The notes under the pieces: model-generated
Told to the model about the DNA's origin: nothing
Databases searched by the model: none
The model's input: only the letters and a program-made list of their open reading frames with translations
Program-made: the position numbers and the translations under genes
Part shown: positions 11,999 through 24,649 of the stretch, in pieces
Layout: each line of letters begins with the position of its first letter
Numbering within the stretch: the stretch's first letter is position 1
Assembly: GCF_963921235.1 (NCBI RefSeq)
Contig: NC_086108.1
Coordinates: 57,290,001 to 57,354,000, forward strand
Source: Mobula hypostoma
Taxonomy: Eukaryota
Direction: 5' to 3'
Length of the DNA stretch: 64,000 bases

Positions 11999-12288
11999 TG
12001 GGCATGTGGCCAAGTGGTTAAGGCATTGGACTACCGACCTGAAGGTCGTGAGTTCGAGCCCCAGCCGAGGCAACGTGTTGAGCAAGGCACTTAATCACAC
12101 ATTACTCTGCGACGACACTGGTGCCAAGCTGTATGGGTCCTAATGCCCTTCCCTTGGACAACATTGGTGTCGTGAAGAGGGGAGACTTGCAGCATGGGCA
12201 ACTGCTGGTCTTCCATACAACCTTGCCCAGGCCTGCACCCTGGAGAGTGAAGACTTAGTCTCGCAAGACTAAAGGATATCTTTATTAT
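11999..12288 (+). mobile_element. tRNA-derived SINE
   Basis: A box TGGCCAAGTGG (12007-12017), B box GAGTTCGAGCC (12050-12060), CORE-like ttgagcaaggcacttaa, non-tRNA body, A/T-rich end. Confidence 0.8.
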
Positions 12289-14981
12289 ATTAATTGCTAC
12301 TTAAGATCAACTTGTTCTTTCTTGTAAAATTGCGTATAATGTATTTGTTTTTCCCCCGTGAACACTGCTGCTTTGATGCTATGTGCCTGTGATGTTGCTG
12401 TAAGTTTTTCATTGCACCTGTGCACATAACAAAAAACTCAGCTTTGATGACCCTGTATCCCTCTCTGAACAAAAACGTCTGCCGTTTTCCACTCCACTCC
12501 ACCTCCCACCACCCCACTTCTGTTGGTGACTGAAACATTCCATTGGGCCAAGTGGCTTGTAAAATAATTCTCCTGGCACGCATCTGATTTTTGCTTCATA
12601 ATTTTTTTGAACTTTTGGTTCCACTTTAGCCCAGCCAGATCTCCTCCCACTGAACTTAGCTCTATTCTAATTAAGTAGTTCTATTTTAGTTCAAACAAAC
12701 TTCCTGCATGACATACTGCATTGGCATCGGGCCAACTGAGCAGCTTCATTCAGGAATGGAAGAGGGATGGGCAATTGGCTGGCCCTATAACTTCTTTGCA
12801 TCTAAGGCAACCATCCAAGAACCAAAATGGTGATGTTTCCACTGGTCTACCCTCTTTGATAACAGCCTGGCAAAGCCAGTTAATATATCCGCTACTGAGG
12901 TTGAATCATTACAATGAAAAATCTTGCTGGGACCTAATTTCTGAGTATCGAAACGTGTTTGCAATTCACGAAAATATTGCTTAGAAGGATGAACACAAAA
13001 AAAATGTAGAATACAAACTATAAATTCCACATAATTCACATGCAAAGCAAGCTTTTCTAGCTAATGCAATTTACATAATTAGAGCTGTTGCAATTAGAGT
13101 TTATAAGACCCAAGAGCCGGGATTTCATATGTTTAGCTACAAATATACATATTCCAGTAGCTGACTTTTTCTTCTGGCTCTGCCATTGACGTGTCTTCTA
13201 TATTTAATGATATAAAAACCTAGCACTGTCTCAAGGATGTCAAGAATGAAAATAGTAGGATCAAAGCAGCTTAAGGTGTGAAAGTCTGAGTCAAAGTAAC
13301 ATATTTATGAGTATTTAGGAAAATAAAATTTTGTATTCCACCAGTGCTGCTATGTCTAAATCTCTGGATGTATTAATTTCAATGGTTATTAAACTGCTTG
13401 GGATGGGTGTGAAGGAGGGCTCATGTTATCTCAGGTTTGTGAACAGATTAACATACTAATGGATAGATGGAATCGAGGGATGAGAGCAATAGGAAATTAC
13501 AGATTACCTACCATATTTAGATTTATCTCAAAAATAAACAGCATTCAGAGAGAAAAGAAGATTTAAAGAAAGGGAAAGGGCCGTGCATTTCAAAAATATT
13601 TAGAACCCTACATTTTTCTTCTCGTTCCAAAGAGCATTCTCACATTGACAAAAAAGGTTGGCAACGTTTTTATTTGCCGCTAGACATTGTACAAATTACA
13701 AGATTATTCCCGCGGGCCAACGCAGATTTAATTCTAGAAAAGGAAGAAGAAAAGAGGAGGAGGATTGCAGTTAAAAGTATAACATCCTTCTTTAAAAAGT
13801 AGATATCCGAACAAAGGCCAGGGATCTCCTTGTCAGATCTTTGTCTTTTTTTTGCATGGAAAAATTACTCATTGCACTATAGATCTGCACCCCCCCCCCA
13901 CACCACCCACCTTGCCACATCTAATAAGGGCAGATTCTCATGCCTATAAACCATGCCCCTTTTGTGCCTCGGGCCGCTGTCCCAATCAATGGTGTGTAGG
14001 AACCGCGCAGTCACAGCGGAGGGGGCTGCGCTGCACCCTCCCCCGCCCCCCCCCAGAAATACGAACTGAGATCAACCTTGTTCTAACTCATTGAGATAGC
14101 TAGCTGGGGAATTAGTCCCGAGGCAGTATTGACGGCGGGGGGGCTGCCATCAACAGAACGCTCAAAAGCACATTAAGGGAAGTGGGAATTTAGGGAATGC
14201 CTAATATAATCTCCTGCCATTCCCACCGCGGCTAAATCCAGTCTTTTCCAAGGTCTCCCGGTTCCCTCCTAACCCTGCAGTGCCTTCAGAACGCCCTCAA
14301 AAATATCCTGGTTTCTGTTAGACCATACATAGCTTGCCTCGATCGCGATTCAAAGCACTGAAGTGCAGCCAAAAAAGTTCCGAAACTCCACTGGAGTGGC
14401 ACTGAACAAAAGAAAACTTCCAAAACTTACGATGTTTAAAAGCAATTAAGTGTTCATTTTTAAAGCAAATTTTTGAAGAGCTTTTAAATAAAAAGGCGCA
14501 TTTTAGTTATCAATTTTGCGTTCTAAATTTTGAGTTAGTTTCAAAACGAAATAAAAATCAGCGCAATCCACTCGCGCCCGTTTCAGCCCTCTTCATACAG
14601 GCGTAACTAAAATTCGACGGATAAACTTTCTAAGGTTTGACTTCACCACCCCACCCCGCGAATTATCATCTCATACTGCCATTAATTTTCTTCAAGAAGA
14701 CAATATTGCCAAGACGAGTTTAAAGGTTTACAATATTGCCTCTTGCCTTCCTTCGCCGCCTTGTCGCCATGCTTCAATTTGCCCTTTTTAAAAAGTAGTT
14801 GATACTGAAAGTAGGCCAAAAGTTTTCTTCCACTTTACGCACTAGACTGAACCGCTACAAAGAGCCCATGCAGTTCCTCTCTCCCCAAGTACAAAGGCAG
14901 GACTAATTAGATCATAGTACGTTGCTACCGATACTGTAATAAATAGCTAACAAAAGAAAACGACAAGCAGAAGCCACTTAC

Positions 14982-15087
14982 CGATCAAACCTCCTACCAG
15001 AAAGGAAATTACTTGGAAAACCAGCAAAATCCCTCCAACAATGCACAGCTTCTTGGTGCTCATATTTTCTATAATTGCGCCTGCCAT
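14982..15087 (-). CDS. WLS: Wntless (Wnt ligand secretion mediator, GPR177/Evi), first coding exon
   Basis: Minus strand aagATGG Kozak context, MAGAIIENMSTKKLCIVGGILLVFQVISFLVGGLI+G (106 nt), nearly identical to the vertebrate WLS N-terminus, followed by canonical donor GTAAGT (14981-14976). Exon 2 not seen in the window. Confidence 0.97.
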
Positions 15088-15229
15088 CTTTTATTATCTT
15101 GTTTTCACTCTTTTCGGCCCGTAACAGTAACTAATTGAATTAGAGTCAATTTAATCAAAGCAAAGATCTTGTCGCAGCTCCAGTGTCGGGAGCTGTGATT
15201 CTACGAGCGAGCTCGCTCCCTCGCTCGCT

Positions 15230-15237
15230 CCCTCCCT

Positions 15238-15287
<50 letters not shown>
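15230..15287. repeat. (CCCT)n plus (CT)22 microsatellite
   Basis: Pure CT run 15244-15287 preceded by ccct units, about 150-200 nt upstream of the WLS ATG. Confidence 0.95.
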
Positions 15288-15292
<5 letters not shown>

Positions 15293-15694
15293 CCTTCAAG
15301 CTTTTTTTAAAGGGGCGCTGTGGGAAACCGACAATACACATACAAAAAATCAATCACATGACTTGCCAGATTCCGAATCCTATTTAGCCTATTGCTACAG
15401 TATAAGCCACGTGTGTGTCGATTGATAAAATTCAATGTATTTCCAATTTAAAGACTCATTAGCCTGCAAATATGGAAGTCTGGTCAAGTCTACCGTGGTC
15501 TGGAGAAGTGATGCTGCCGGACACTTTAAGAACTATTAATGACCTGAATTTAGGAAAGAAATAATTCATTGTGGAGTACATATTTCTAATCTTTCTTCTG
15601 GGATTTCTGCTGTAAAATCCACATTTTGAAAGGTGTGCTTTAGAGCTAGGACAGGATCCAAGCCCTGACTGTTGAATTATCAGCCACTTTGCAA

Positions 15695-16130
15695 ATTGAT
15701 TATTATTATTGTCACATGTACCTAGGTACAGTGAAAAGCTTATCTTGCACATTGTTCACGCAGATCAATTCCTTACGCAGTGCATTGAGGTAGTTACAAG
15801 GGAAAACGAATGGCATTTCCACTGTTACAGGGAAAGTGCAGTGCAGGTAACCAATAAGGTGCAAACTGGTAATGATGGTGAGATTGAGGGTCCATTTTAG
15901 CATAGTAGGGAACCATTCATTATAAGGGCAGGGTGGAAGCGGCCTTTGAGACTGCTGGTTTGGGCTTTTGCATCTTCTTCCTGATGGAAGATGGGAGAAG
16001 AGAGCTTGACCAGGATCTTTTGTTTTATTATGCTGGCTGCTTTACTGAGACAGCGAGAACCATAGGCAAAGTCCAAAGAATCTGTCACACACAGGGGTGC
16101 TCTGACCATACACACACAAGCATGCAGATT
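15695..16130 (-). mobile_element. Rex1/Babar-type 3' end, decayed
   Basis: RCLSKAASIIK-like C-terminal motif and family-type 3' UTR (ttattattgtcacatgtacc). Confidence 0.6.
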
Positions 16131-17549
16131 TACACAGAAGTAGATGAACGCATACTCTTCATCTTCTCTTCTTCCATTACCAGCCTCACCACCCTTTTCC
16201 CTTTCCTGTACTCCTCCCTCAGTCTCCCTCCTTTCCTCAGTCCCCTTCCTCTCAACTTTTTCTTCCCTCTTAACTTCCTACACCCGTCCTGTCCTATTGC
16301 AGTCTACCACTATTCTTCCCCCACCCCGACCCTACAGGTGCTGGCCGTTCACTCCCCCCCCAAAGGTAAAGCCAATTCCTAGTCAGTCGGCCTGTCTCGG
16401 GCTGCTCCTCACTTGCCATTCACCCTCGCACTTCAGTCAAGGGAGTGGTGTTGCTTGAGGTCTGCAGTCAAGTGTAGCCACCCCACACCGCTCCCAAGAA
16501 GCTTTGGGAAAGTCTTCAGCCACTGACCTAATGTTCAAAATGGCTACAAATCATGGCCACCCAGTTAACGGCTCCCTACTCACACTTTGCCAACTTCTAG
16601 AGGTTTCACTGAAGGAGCCAGCGATGATTTGGAGCACAGCCTCTGAGTGTTACACAAACACCAGCACTAGGTCCTTTTTCAACACAGGCATTGCCTGTAT
16701 ACTGGAAATCAATGACATTTTGATTGAAAATTTGATTCGAGAAAGAAGTTGGCAAAGGTGGAACAAATTCTCTTTCACCCAATATATTTGTTAGGGGTGA
16801 ATTACAAAATTCCAGTGGAGGAAAATAGGATGATTGGTGTAACGAGGCACCTTGCTTCACAATGGTCTGAACCAGGACGGGGACTATGGTAAGGATCGCA
16901 GGTTTCATTCAGCATAGTAACATACCTGAGGATGGCCCACCTTGAGAAGTTTTCTTCATAATCACTCCCCTCCCGACACCGAGCTAAAGGCTTCTGCAAG
17001 ATTTTAAAAAGGTCAGTAGCAAATGATCTGGGTATCATTAGCGAGGCCAACATTAATTGTGCAACCTCGTCCCACTCCCTGGAGTGACTTGCTTGGCCAT
17101 TTTAAGGCTCAACCACAACAACCATCCGGTGTCATACACAGGGCAGGAGAGGAGGCTGATTTTCTCACTTTAGTGAATTTTACAACAATGGGGTAGTTTA
17201 AATCCAGCCCTCTGGATTACTTGTCAGTTTAACTGCTCTGCCACCACCTCAACCACTTTATAATTTTCTCTGATGTTGTAATCATGACCATCTTTAAAGA
17301 GACAAGTCTGTATTACTTATGGAGTAATCTCCCTCCTTAATACCACAGGGTAAATCATTGGAAAACTTCCTCTCAACCAGGTTCTCCCAGAGATGCAAAG
17401 TGGACTCTGTCCTTTAAGAGACACAATGGACATGAACTTCACTACACAGCAAAGCCATTTAAGTACATTCAAAATATAACTATTACTGTTATGATTAACT
17501 CAATGGTCAACATCTGCACTTCAAGTCTAAGAGTAGAAGTGGGATAAAG

Positions 17550-17755
17550 CCCGGATATGTATTCCTTTCTGCAAAATAATGCAACAGAATCTTCACATCC
17601 ACCAAAGAGGGCTGGCTAGCTCGAGTAGTGGTGTTTCATCCAAAGGATATCACCTCTGCCTGAACAGTCCTCACTTATTCCTGAAATATGTTCTAAATCA
17701 CTAGAATTGGACAGTTACCATCTGAGACTGGCTGGGAAGCTAACATCGAACCACA
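17550..17755 (-). mobile_element. Old SINE with Deu-domain-like core (SacSINE1/AmnSINE1-like)
   Basis: gaatcttcacatccaccaaagagggc...tttcatccaaaggatatcacctc resembles, from memory, the reverse complement of the DeuSINE central domain; very degenerate. Confidence 0.45.
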
Positions 17756-18039
17756 ATATCTCCTTCTTCTTTAACCTCATTACATTGTTTATGCTTTAAC
17801 TTGCTACTGACACTTATTTCACAGAATGTATCTGGAGGGCTCCGCAGTAGGTCTCTGAGCAAACATTAAAAGAACTGCGACAAACAAACCAGAAGTCAGT
17901 CATGTGGTTGAGGTTACTTATTTCATGTAGAAGAGTAATATAGAATTGATATGAGCAAAGGATCTTGGGTGAAGAAAATCCATGTGGGGTCTCACCTTAC
18001 TTGCTATCCAGTGACATTTTCCCAACAAAATGCCAAACG

Positions 18040-18270
18040 CAAAAGCACATGGGTTTACAATAAGAGGTAAGAGATTTAGGGGCAATAGAAGGATAAGATT
18101 TTATCAACAGGCTGGTTGAAATCACTGCCTGACGTGGTGGTACGCTCACAACATTTACTACCTAGTGCTTGAATCCCCAAGAGCTGGAAGGCAATGGACC
18201 TTGTGTTGGTAAATGGGATTAGTATAGAGACTTGATGGTTGGCTTAGACATGGTGTGGAGAAGGGTCCCC
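18040..18270 (+). mobile_element. CR1 3' end, degenerate
   Basis: ataagaggtaagagatttaggggc ... ggtaaatgggattagtatag ... gacatggtgtggagaagggtcc, a CR1 3' UTR pattern. Confidence 0.6.
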
Positions 18271-18289
18271 CCCCCCCCCACCGTGGTAT

Positions 18290-18780
18290 ATGATTGCACA
18301 TGAAGCAGGCACTGGTGGCGATTGATGGAGAATATATATGACGGTAATCAGTAGTATATAGGAGTCACTAGAAGACAATGTGTACATCTGTCTGTGTTGG
18401 TGAATGTATACAACTGCAAATGATGATGAATGTGTACGATTGCCACTGAGGGCAAAGCCATTCAACTGCCAACTATGGTGATTGTATATAATTGTCACCA
18501 GTGGCGAGTATGAATGATTGACATGGCAAAAACTTTTACAACTGTGACAGAGAGTGAATGCATACAACTGCTACCAATGGTAAACACAATGAATCCTGAT
18601 AGTGAAATGTATAATGGACCAAGTGGTGAACGGATGTAACTGACTGCGAAAGGTTAATATTGTATGTATAACTACCAAGGATGTTGGGTGTGCACAACTG
18701 CCACTGAAGTTGAATTTGTTTGATGCTACAACTTTTCATGATGGTGAAAGAACAGCGATTGTGCACAACTGCCAATGGGC
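18290..18780. repeat. Degenerate minisatellite, about 26-bp unit (consensus near tggtgaatgtgtacaactgccactga)
   Basis: Consecutive 26-mers tggtgaatgtatacaactgcaaatga / tgatgaatgtgtacgattgccactga / gggcaaagccattcaactgccaacta / tggtgattgtatataattgtcaccag. Confidence 0.7.
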
Positions 18781-19839
18781 TTAGCTGTTACTCCCAACAC
18801 GAAGGTACCGGCAACTGATGCACAGCCAGAAAAAAATTGAAAATTATGATCACTACTTCGGGAACAGATCAATTGTATATTGTGCTTGGATTGAGAAATG
18901 CTGCTCCCAACATAACTGGGTCAAATTCCTAAAGAATTGGCCACCAGAATAGCTCAATAAAAAGGGAGTAAGAATGGTTCTAGACGTAGTTCTGAGTAGA
19001 TTAATCGCACGCCACAAAGATTTAAAACAGAGCCATTGACAAGATTCTTCCGGGAGCTGCAAATTGAACAAGAAGACCATGCAAAACACTCAGACTGTAA
19101 CTTCAGTGCTGTTTCTTTTCTATAGATGACATTTAACCTGCTTTTTCCATTTCATTTCAAACAAAACACTTGTCTAGACTTATGGAGGTGATGTGACTCA
19201 AGCAGATTATTTGGAGTAGCGCTACTGATAATTTATTTTGTCATCATGATCAATGTGCTTTCAGACTCCACAGATTATTACATTTGAAGCAACACTGAAA
19301 GTTTCTCAGTGATTTAGCAAGTGAACTAATGAGTCATACTGACCATGAAGGTCTCAGTCTTTCTAAATCCTTTATCATTGATTATCTTAGTGTATTAATT
19401 GGTCAGCCCAAAAGGTGCAAACCAACAAGATTCCACATTCATTTTGCAGCTTATGCTGAGCTAACTGCTATCAACTATGCTACTGGAAATATAATGAATG
19501 CTTCAGGAGCAAATGGTGAGGGTGAATTAATCAGAAAAAATTCAGTGATGGAAAAAATATTATTTTATTCTCTATGTAGAATTTTTGAAGATCTTCAGCT
19601 TAAAATTACGCCTTTATAGCCATTTGCTCTATTCATGTTTACTGAATTGGCAGAATGACAATTTTATTTTCCTTTTATAAAATTTTATGCCCACTTACCT
19701 TTAGATCATTAGCCTGACATGCCAAGATGCAGTGCCATGAGTATTCAGGACTAACGTAGCTCTTCCCAAATGGACATTCTTCATAGGTGAACCCAGAAAG
19801 CAGGGCACTTAATTAACTCAGTTTCCTGTTGCATTGCAA

Positions 19840-20305
19840 CTGGACTTTCAACTTCCTCACTTTCAGGCTCCAGTCAGTTCAGATGGGCAACAACATCTCC
19901 TCCACAATCACCATCAGCAGGAGTACAGGAGTCTCAGGTCAAACACCACCAGATTCAGAAACAGATATTACCCCTCAACTATCAAGCTCTTGAACTACAG
20001 GGGATAACTTCACTCAGCCCAACACTGAACTGCTCCCACAGCCCATGGAATCACTTTCGTGGATTTTTCATCTCATGTTCTCAATATTTATTGCTTATTT
20101 ATTTATTATTATATACATTTTTTCATTTCTACATTTGTACAGTTTATTATCTTTTGCACATTGGTGTTTGTCCATCTTGTGCGCAGTTTCTCACTGATCC
20201 TATTGTGTTTCTTTGTATTTGCTGAGAATGTCCACAAGAAAATGTATATGGTGACATATATGTACGTTGATAATAAATTTCCATTGAACTTTGAATTTTG
20301 ATTTT
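19840..20305 (+). mobile_element. Rex1/Babar-type internally deleted fragment with 3' UTR
   Basis: cagtcagttcagatgggcaacaacatctcctcc joined to caccaccagattcagaaacag and a tail ending aataaatttccattgaactttgaa. Confidence 0.65.
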
Positions 20306-20309
20306 GAGC

Positions 20310-20720
20310 TGTGTTACTATGTATGCAGGAGAGTGCCCAGTATCTCTGAAGCTGACCTCCCATCCCTCAATATGTGGCAATCTCTGCCCAAATGCATTTA
20401 AGCCTTACTGATGAGCCAAACAATTGCTCAAGCCTGCAAGAGGTATCTGGTGAAGATGTGCTCTTGTACATACAATCCAGAGTATAATGATACGCCATGC
20501 TATCATACAAAATGTGAGAGAGCAAACAATTGACCGCACTGAGGGGCCTGTTTTATGCCTAAAAAACTCTCTGCATCAATGGCTCAGCCCACAGCATCAG
20601 CTATACAGCAAACAACTAAACGTGGAGCTGATGGAGGGGGGATAGAAGGATGAGGAGTAGGATGAGTAGGAAGAGGAAAGGACCAATCAAACTAGAGAGA
20701 CGATATCTGGCCACGTTGCC
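20310..20720 (+). mobile_element. PIF/Harbinger transposase remnant (C-terminal DDE region), very decayed
   Basis: Across frameshifts: TMYAGEC (cf. YPGSxHD), ACKRYLVKMCS (cf. GDKGYPLKTWL), YND-HAIIQNVREQTID-LRGLF-CL (cf. YNxxHxxTRxxIExTIGxLKxRFxCL), then an acidic gag/gat-rich tail. Confidence 0.45.
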
Positions 20721-23179
20721 CATGAAGAACTCATATAATTGAAAGAATCCAATCACAACCACAGTTTCGTGTTTACCAGAAATCCCAAACATTCCTTGTT
20801 GTTGAACATCAGTTTTCATTTAGCCATAAAGAACAAATATCCAAAAAAAGAAAATAAACATTGTTAACTATAGGGACAAGTTTAGAATGTTGCAGAGAAT
20901 TGACAAGTGATCAGCATTCTGTATTACCTTCAATGTACCAGTGCCTTTATACAGTGGTGGCAGCACAGCTGGTAAAACTGGTCCTTGGAAGAAGACCTGG
21001 AGCAGCTTTGGGCTGAGAAGGATCAGATTTGACTCAAGGGAATCGTGAAGTAGTGAATACCATCATCTCTGAGACAAAAATGCTTGTGTCCCTATACTCA
21101 CTGCCTATCCCACAGACCAGATTGCTTGGACCACTGACAAACTTTGCAGGCCACTTTGTGTAAGGATTTAATGGTGAAGAGAGGAGAGGGAGGGAAAAAG
21201 AAGCATGCTTAACTGTAAAGCAAAGCATTCTTACCAAATGAACCAGTTGGGTATTTTATATTCAAGGAGTAAAATCCTGATGTCCGTGCTACATTGTTGC
21301 ACCATTCTTCACGTTCTCCCATATCAAAATAAGTTCTCAAGTGCCTAAAATTCCCTGCTGCACCGGCGAATATGTCCCTTTAAGAGAGTCAGCTGTTTAA
21401 AGGAGGGAAGGTTACAGTAGATGGCCTTTCCCCTAGCCACACATAGAATAATTCCCTATTGAGAAAGGTAACAGATAAATAGTGTGGATGACGCTAACTG
21501 CTCAAGGATATCTTAATAAACGAACTTGTGGTGTCAGAAGCAATGAGCAAAAGGCCAATTTTTCATTGCCATCTCCATGCCTGCTTTTAGCCTTTTGAAT
21601 TTAGTTTACAGTGATTCTTCCTGAAAATGCAGAGTGGATGTACCAGGCTATTCACTCAGACACCGCATTCCAGCCCCAGCAATTCCCCACAAGTTTTCTC
21701 CTCTCAGCTCGATCAGATTAGCTGCTGACCCTCACTAACCTCAATCATGTGAAACAAGTAATGCACGAAAGGGTCCCGTGGATTTGCTCCATTATGACGA
21801 AGTATACATTCAAAAAGAAAACAGCAATTAAGCAACGCAGACAACATTGATACCACAGTTGGTAGCCAATGAGTTCAAGGCAGAGCAAAACTGCTGGATT
21901 TAATTTACTGAACAAAAACACAGTACTGAAGCAAGTCAGTCTCATTGATACTGCAGGATTATTTCTTCAGCAATTATAAAGGATAATTCTATACATAGAT
22001 AAATCCCAGTCATTTATAAGAATGTGATCTTAAACATAATTTATATCAAATTATTGCATCATCTCCATTTTGGCCAGTACTTGCACAGGTTTTTTTAAAA
22101 ATGACAGTTTTTAGATCCGTGCCAGAGCTTCAAACATGCCTAGTGTCACTGGGTATTTTTCAAACCACACCATGCCTTTCAATTTCAAGCCTTTAATCTA
22201 GACTGAGCCTCCTCCATCTTAAATACAGCATGTAAAAGGTTTGTGATGTAGGCTCATCCAAAATTAAATATGTATCAATTTTTAAAACTTGCTGGAGGCA
22301 GCTTGTTTGCACTCAGCCTGTATGGTTGGCAGGTTGGCACCTGCCAGAATCAGCTCCATCAAAAAGGTTCAATTTAACCTGATTCTGTAACTACCATGTG
22401 TCTCAAGTTGAATTAAATGCACTGGGAAAACTGACAGGCAAAGATATACCAAATGATCTTAAATGGCTCAGAACTTTACATTTAAATTCAGTGCTGAATT
22501 AGCATCATGAAAAATGTACGCCACTTTTTTGATCACATTGTTAACTCCCAGCATTTAGAAGTTCAAGCTACAGGGGCAAATCAGATTAACAGATAGACAG
22601 AGGATCTTTTGGTAACTGATGGCCACAATCCATTTGGACCTCAGCGTCATGCCTTGGACCTCTGTGCTTTCTTGATCACGTGTGCAAGTTCAAAAGGCAG
22701 GTGGTTGGAAGCTAGTGCTCAGAACGCCCTGCAGTGCCACTGGGTTCATCATTGCTGAGGAGAATAGCTGGCTGCAAAACACATGCACCCCTTAGTCTTA
22801 CCCCAGGAACAGTCGTCCCATTCCTCTGAACAGAGTCATTGACGTTGGGGCTCTGAATTATTCCCTCGTGCACTTACTCTTCTTTCTCTCGATTACATGT
22901 GACAGACTACAAGTTATATCTACTGCTAAAGTTACAAAACTAATGAAACAACACCATTTACAGAAGCTACAGCATTCTCATGACCGGCTTCATTGAATGC
23001 CATATGCCAGTCCATATAAACAGGCTACATAAGCAATCATCTATCTGTTACTTTACCATTTTTATTTCCATTAGGTCTGTGAGGCAACTACCCTATACTG
23101 GCAACAATCTTTGAACAATTTCAGGGTGTTGTCACGCTTGAAGATTTTAATGCTGTAATTCCGATTCCACACTCTCAAG

Positions 23180-23830
23180 GTTAAAGTCAAAACTGAGTAC
23201 ATTGTCACATGCACACAAGTACATATACGTACAGGTATAATGAAAAACCTGCACGCAGCAGCATCACAGACACGTAGCATCATATAAGCAACATTCACAA
23301 GAAAAATATAAATTAAACATAAGTTATACATAATTTTTGTAAGAAACACCATTAAAACAAAATAAAAATGAAAACAAAGGATTCTGACAATGATGTATTA
23401 GGCAGAGTCACTGCCCTCTGTAGTTTCTTATGTTCTTGCACTTTTGAATTGCCATACTAGACAATGAGGCAACCAGCCAGGATGCCTTGGCAGTACATCC
23501 ATAGAAGATTGTCAGCATCTTCAGTGACAAACTAAACCTCATTAACCTCCTAACAGAGTAAGGACACGTGTACTCTCCTTGTGATTGCATCTATGTGCTA
23601 GGCTAAGACAGGTCATCTGCTACGTTAGCATCCAGGAATTTAAAGTTGTCGTCTCTCTTCACTGCTGATCTCCCGGTGTAGACTGGCACGTTCTTCCTTC
23701 TTCACCTTCCTGAAGTCAACAATCAGCTCACTGATTTTGCTGACGCTGAGTGTGAGTTTACTTTTGCGGCACCACTCAACTAGGTGACTCTGCATTCTCT
23801 TCAGTAGCTTGTCAAAATTCTTCATTTGTG
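23180..23830 (-). mobile_element. Rex1/Babar-type 3' fragment
   Basis: LVEWCRKSKLTLSVSKISELIVDFRK motif plus family 3' UTR. Confidence 0.75.
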
Positions 23831-23904
23831 ATCCTAAATTTCTATGAATTTTTATAATTGTATTTATCTTGTTGAAATAACATTTCAGTACAAAGCAATT
23901 TTAT

Positions 23905-24520
23905 TTTAGATTATGAAGACACGCAGTCCTCTTTTATTCTCATTTAGTAATGCATGCATTAAGAAATGATCCAATATTTCCTCCGGTGTGATATCACAAA
24001 ACACAGGACAGACCAAGGCTGAAAAAACTAACAAAACCACATAATTATAACATATAGTTACAACATTGCAATAATACCATAACTTGATGAACAACAGTCC
24101 ATGAGCATAGTAAAAAGTTCAAAGTCTCTCAAATGTCCCACATCTCACACAGACGGGAGAAGGAAGAAAACTCTCCCTGCCATGCCCGACCACAGTCCGA
24201 CTCTGAGTCATCCAAAAACTTCGAGCCTCCGATCAGCCCTCCGACACCGAGTACCGAGCGCCATCTCTATCCGAACGATTCGACCTCAATCTTGGTCGCC
24301 AGCAGCAGGCAAAGCCGGGGATTTTGAGGCCTTCCCTCGGAAGATTCTAGATCGCACAGTAGCAGTGGCAGCGAACCGGCGTTTCAGAAATTTCTCCAGA
24401 TGTTCCTCTGTGCTTTCACGTCTGTCTCCATCAAATCAGAGTTGTCCATGGCCCCTATTTAACAGATACAATATCATTTTCACCGGAAGGCTGCACGCAC
24501 ACAGCGTGCTGCTCTCTCTC
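23905..24520 (-). mobile_element. Probable non-autonomous retroposon, unclassified, CpG-rich
   Basis: Sharp CpG-rich block ending (minus strand) in aataaaagaggactgcgtgtcttcataatctaa, a LINE-like tail; no recognisable protein. Confidence 0.45.
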
Positions 24521-24649
24521 CTTCCACCGTTTCATCACTGCACTTTTGGTAGAGATGTTCCATATCAGTCAAATTCCCAGCAGACAACACTATGACCATC
24601 AGAAGAACTTCAACCAAATCTAGTTCTATTTTCCCCTGACATAAACCCA

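Larger units (their letters stand above)
13950..15420 (-). promoter_or_regulatory. WLS: CpG-enriched, TE-free promoter / first-exon region of WLS
   Basis: Locally many CpGs relative to the rest of the window; spans the WLS start codon; motifs ATCAAAG 15154-15160, TGTGGGAA 15319-15326, TCACATGAC 15354-15362, CACGTG 15408-15413. TSS not determinable. Confidence 0.6.

Noticed and set aside
12001..12070. tRNA gene (also 50575-50648 on the minus strand)
   Set aside because: A and B boxes are present but continue into SINE bodies and tails (TSD at the second locus); no convincing cloverleaf or terminator.
1..14981. WLS exon 2 or later exons
   Set aside because: I could not find the expected APGPT...PWG...MSPWFQ coding sequence on the minus strand; it is presumably left of the window.
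24101..24595. 164-aa ORF
   Set aside because: Lies in a GC-rich retroposon-like block on its opposite strand; no recognisable protein motif.
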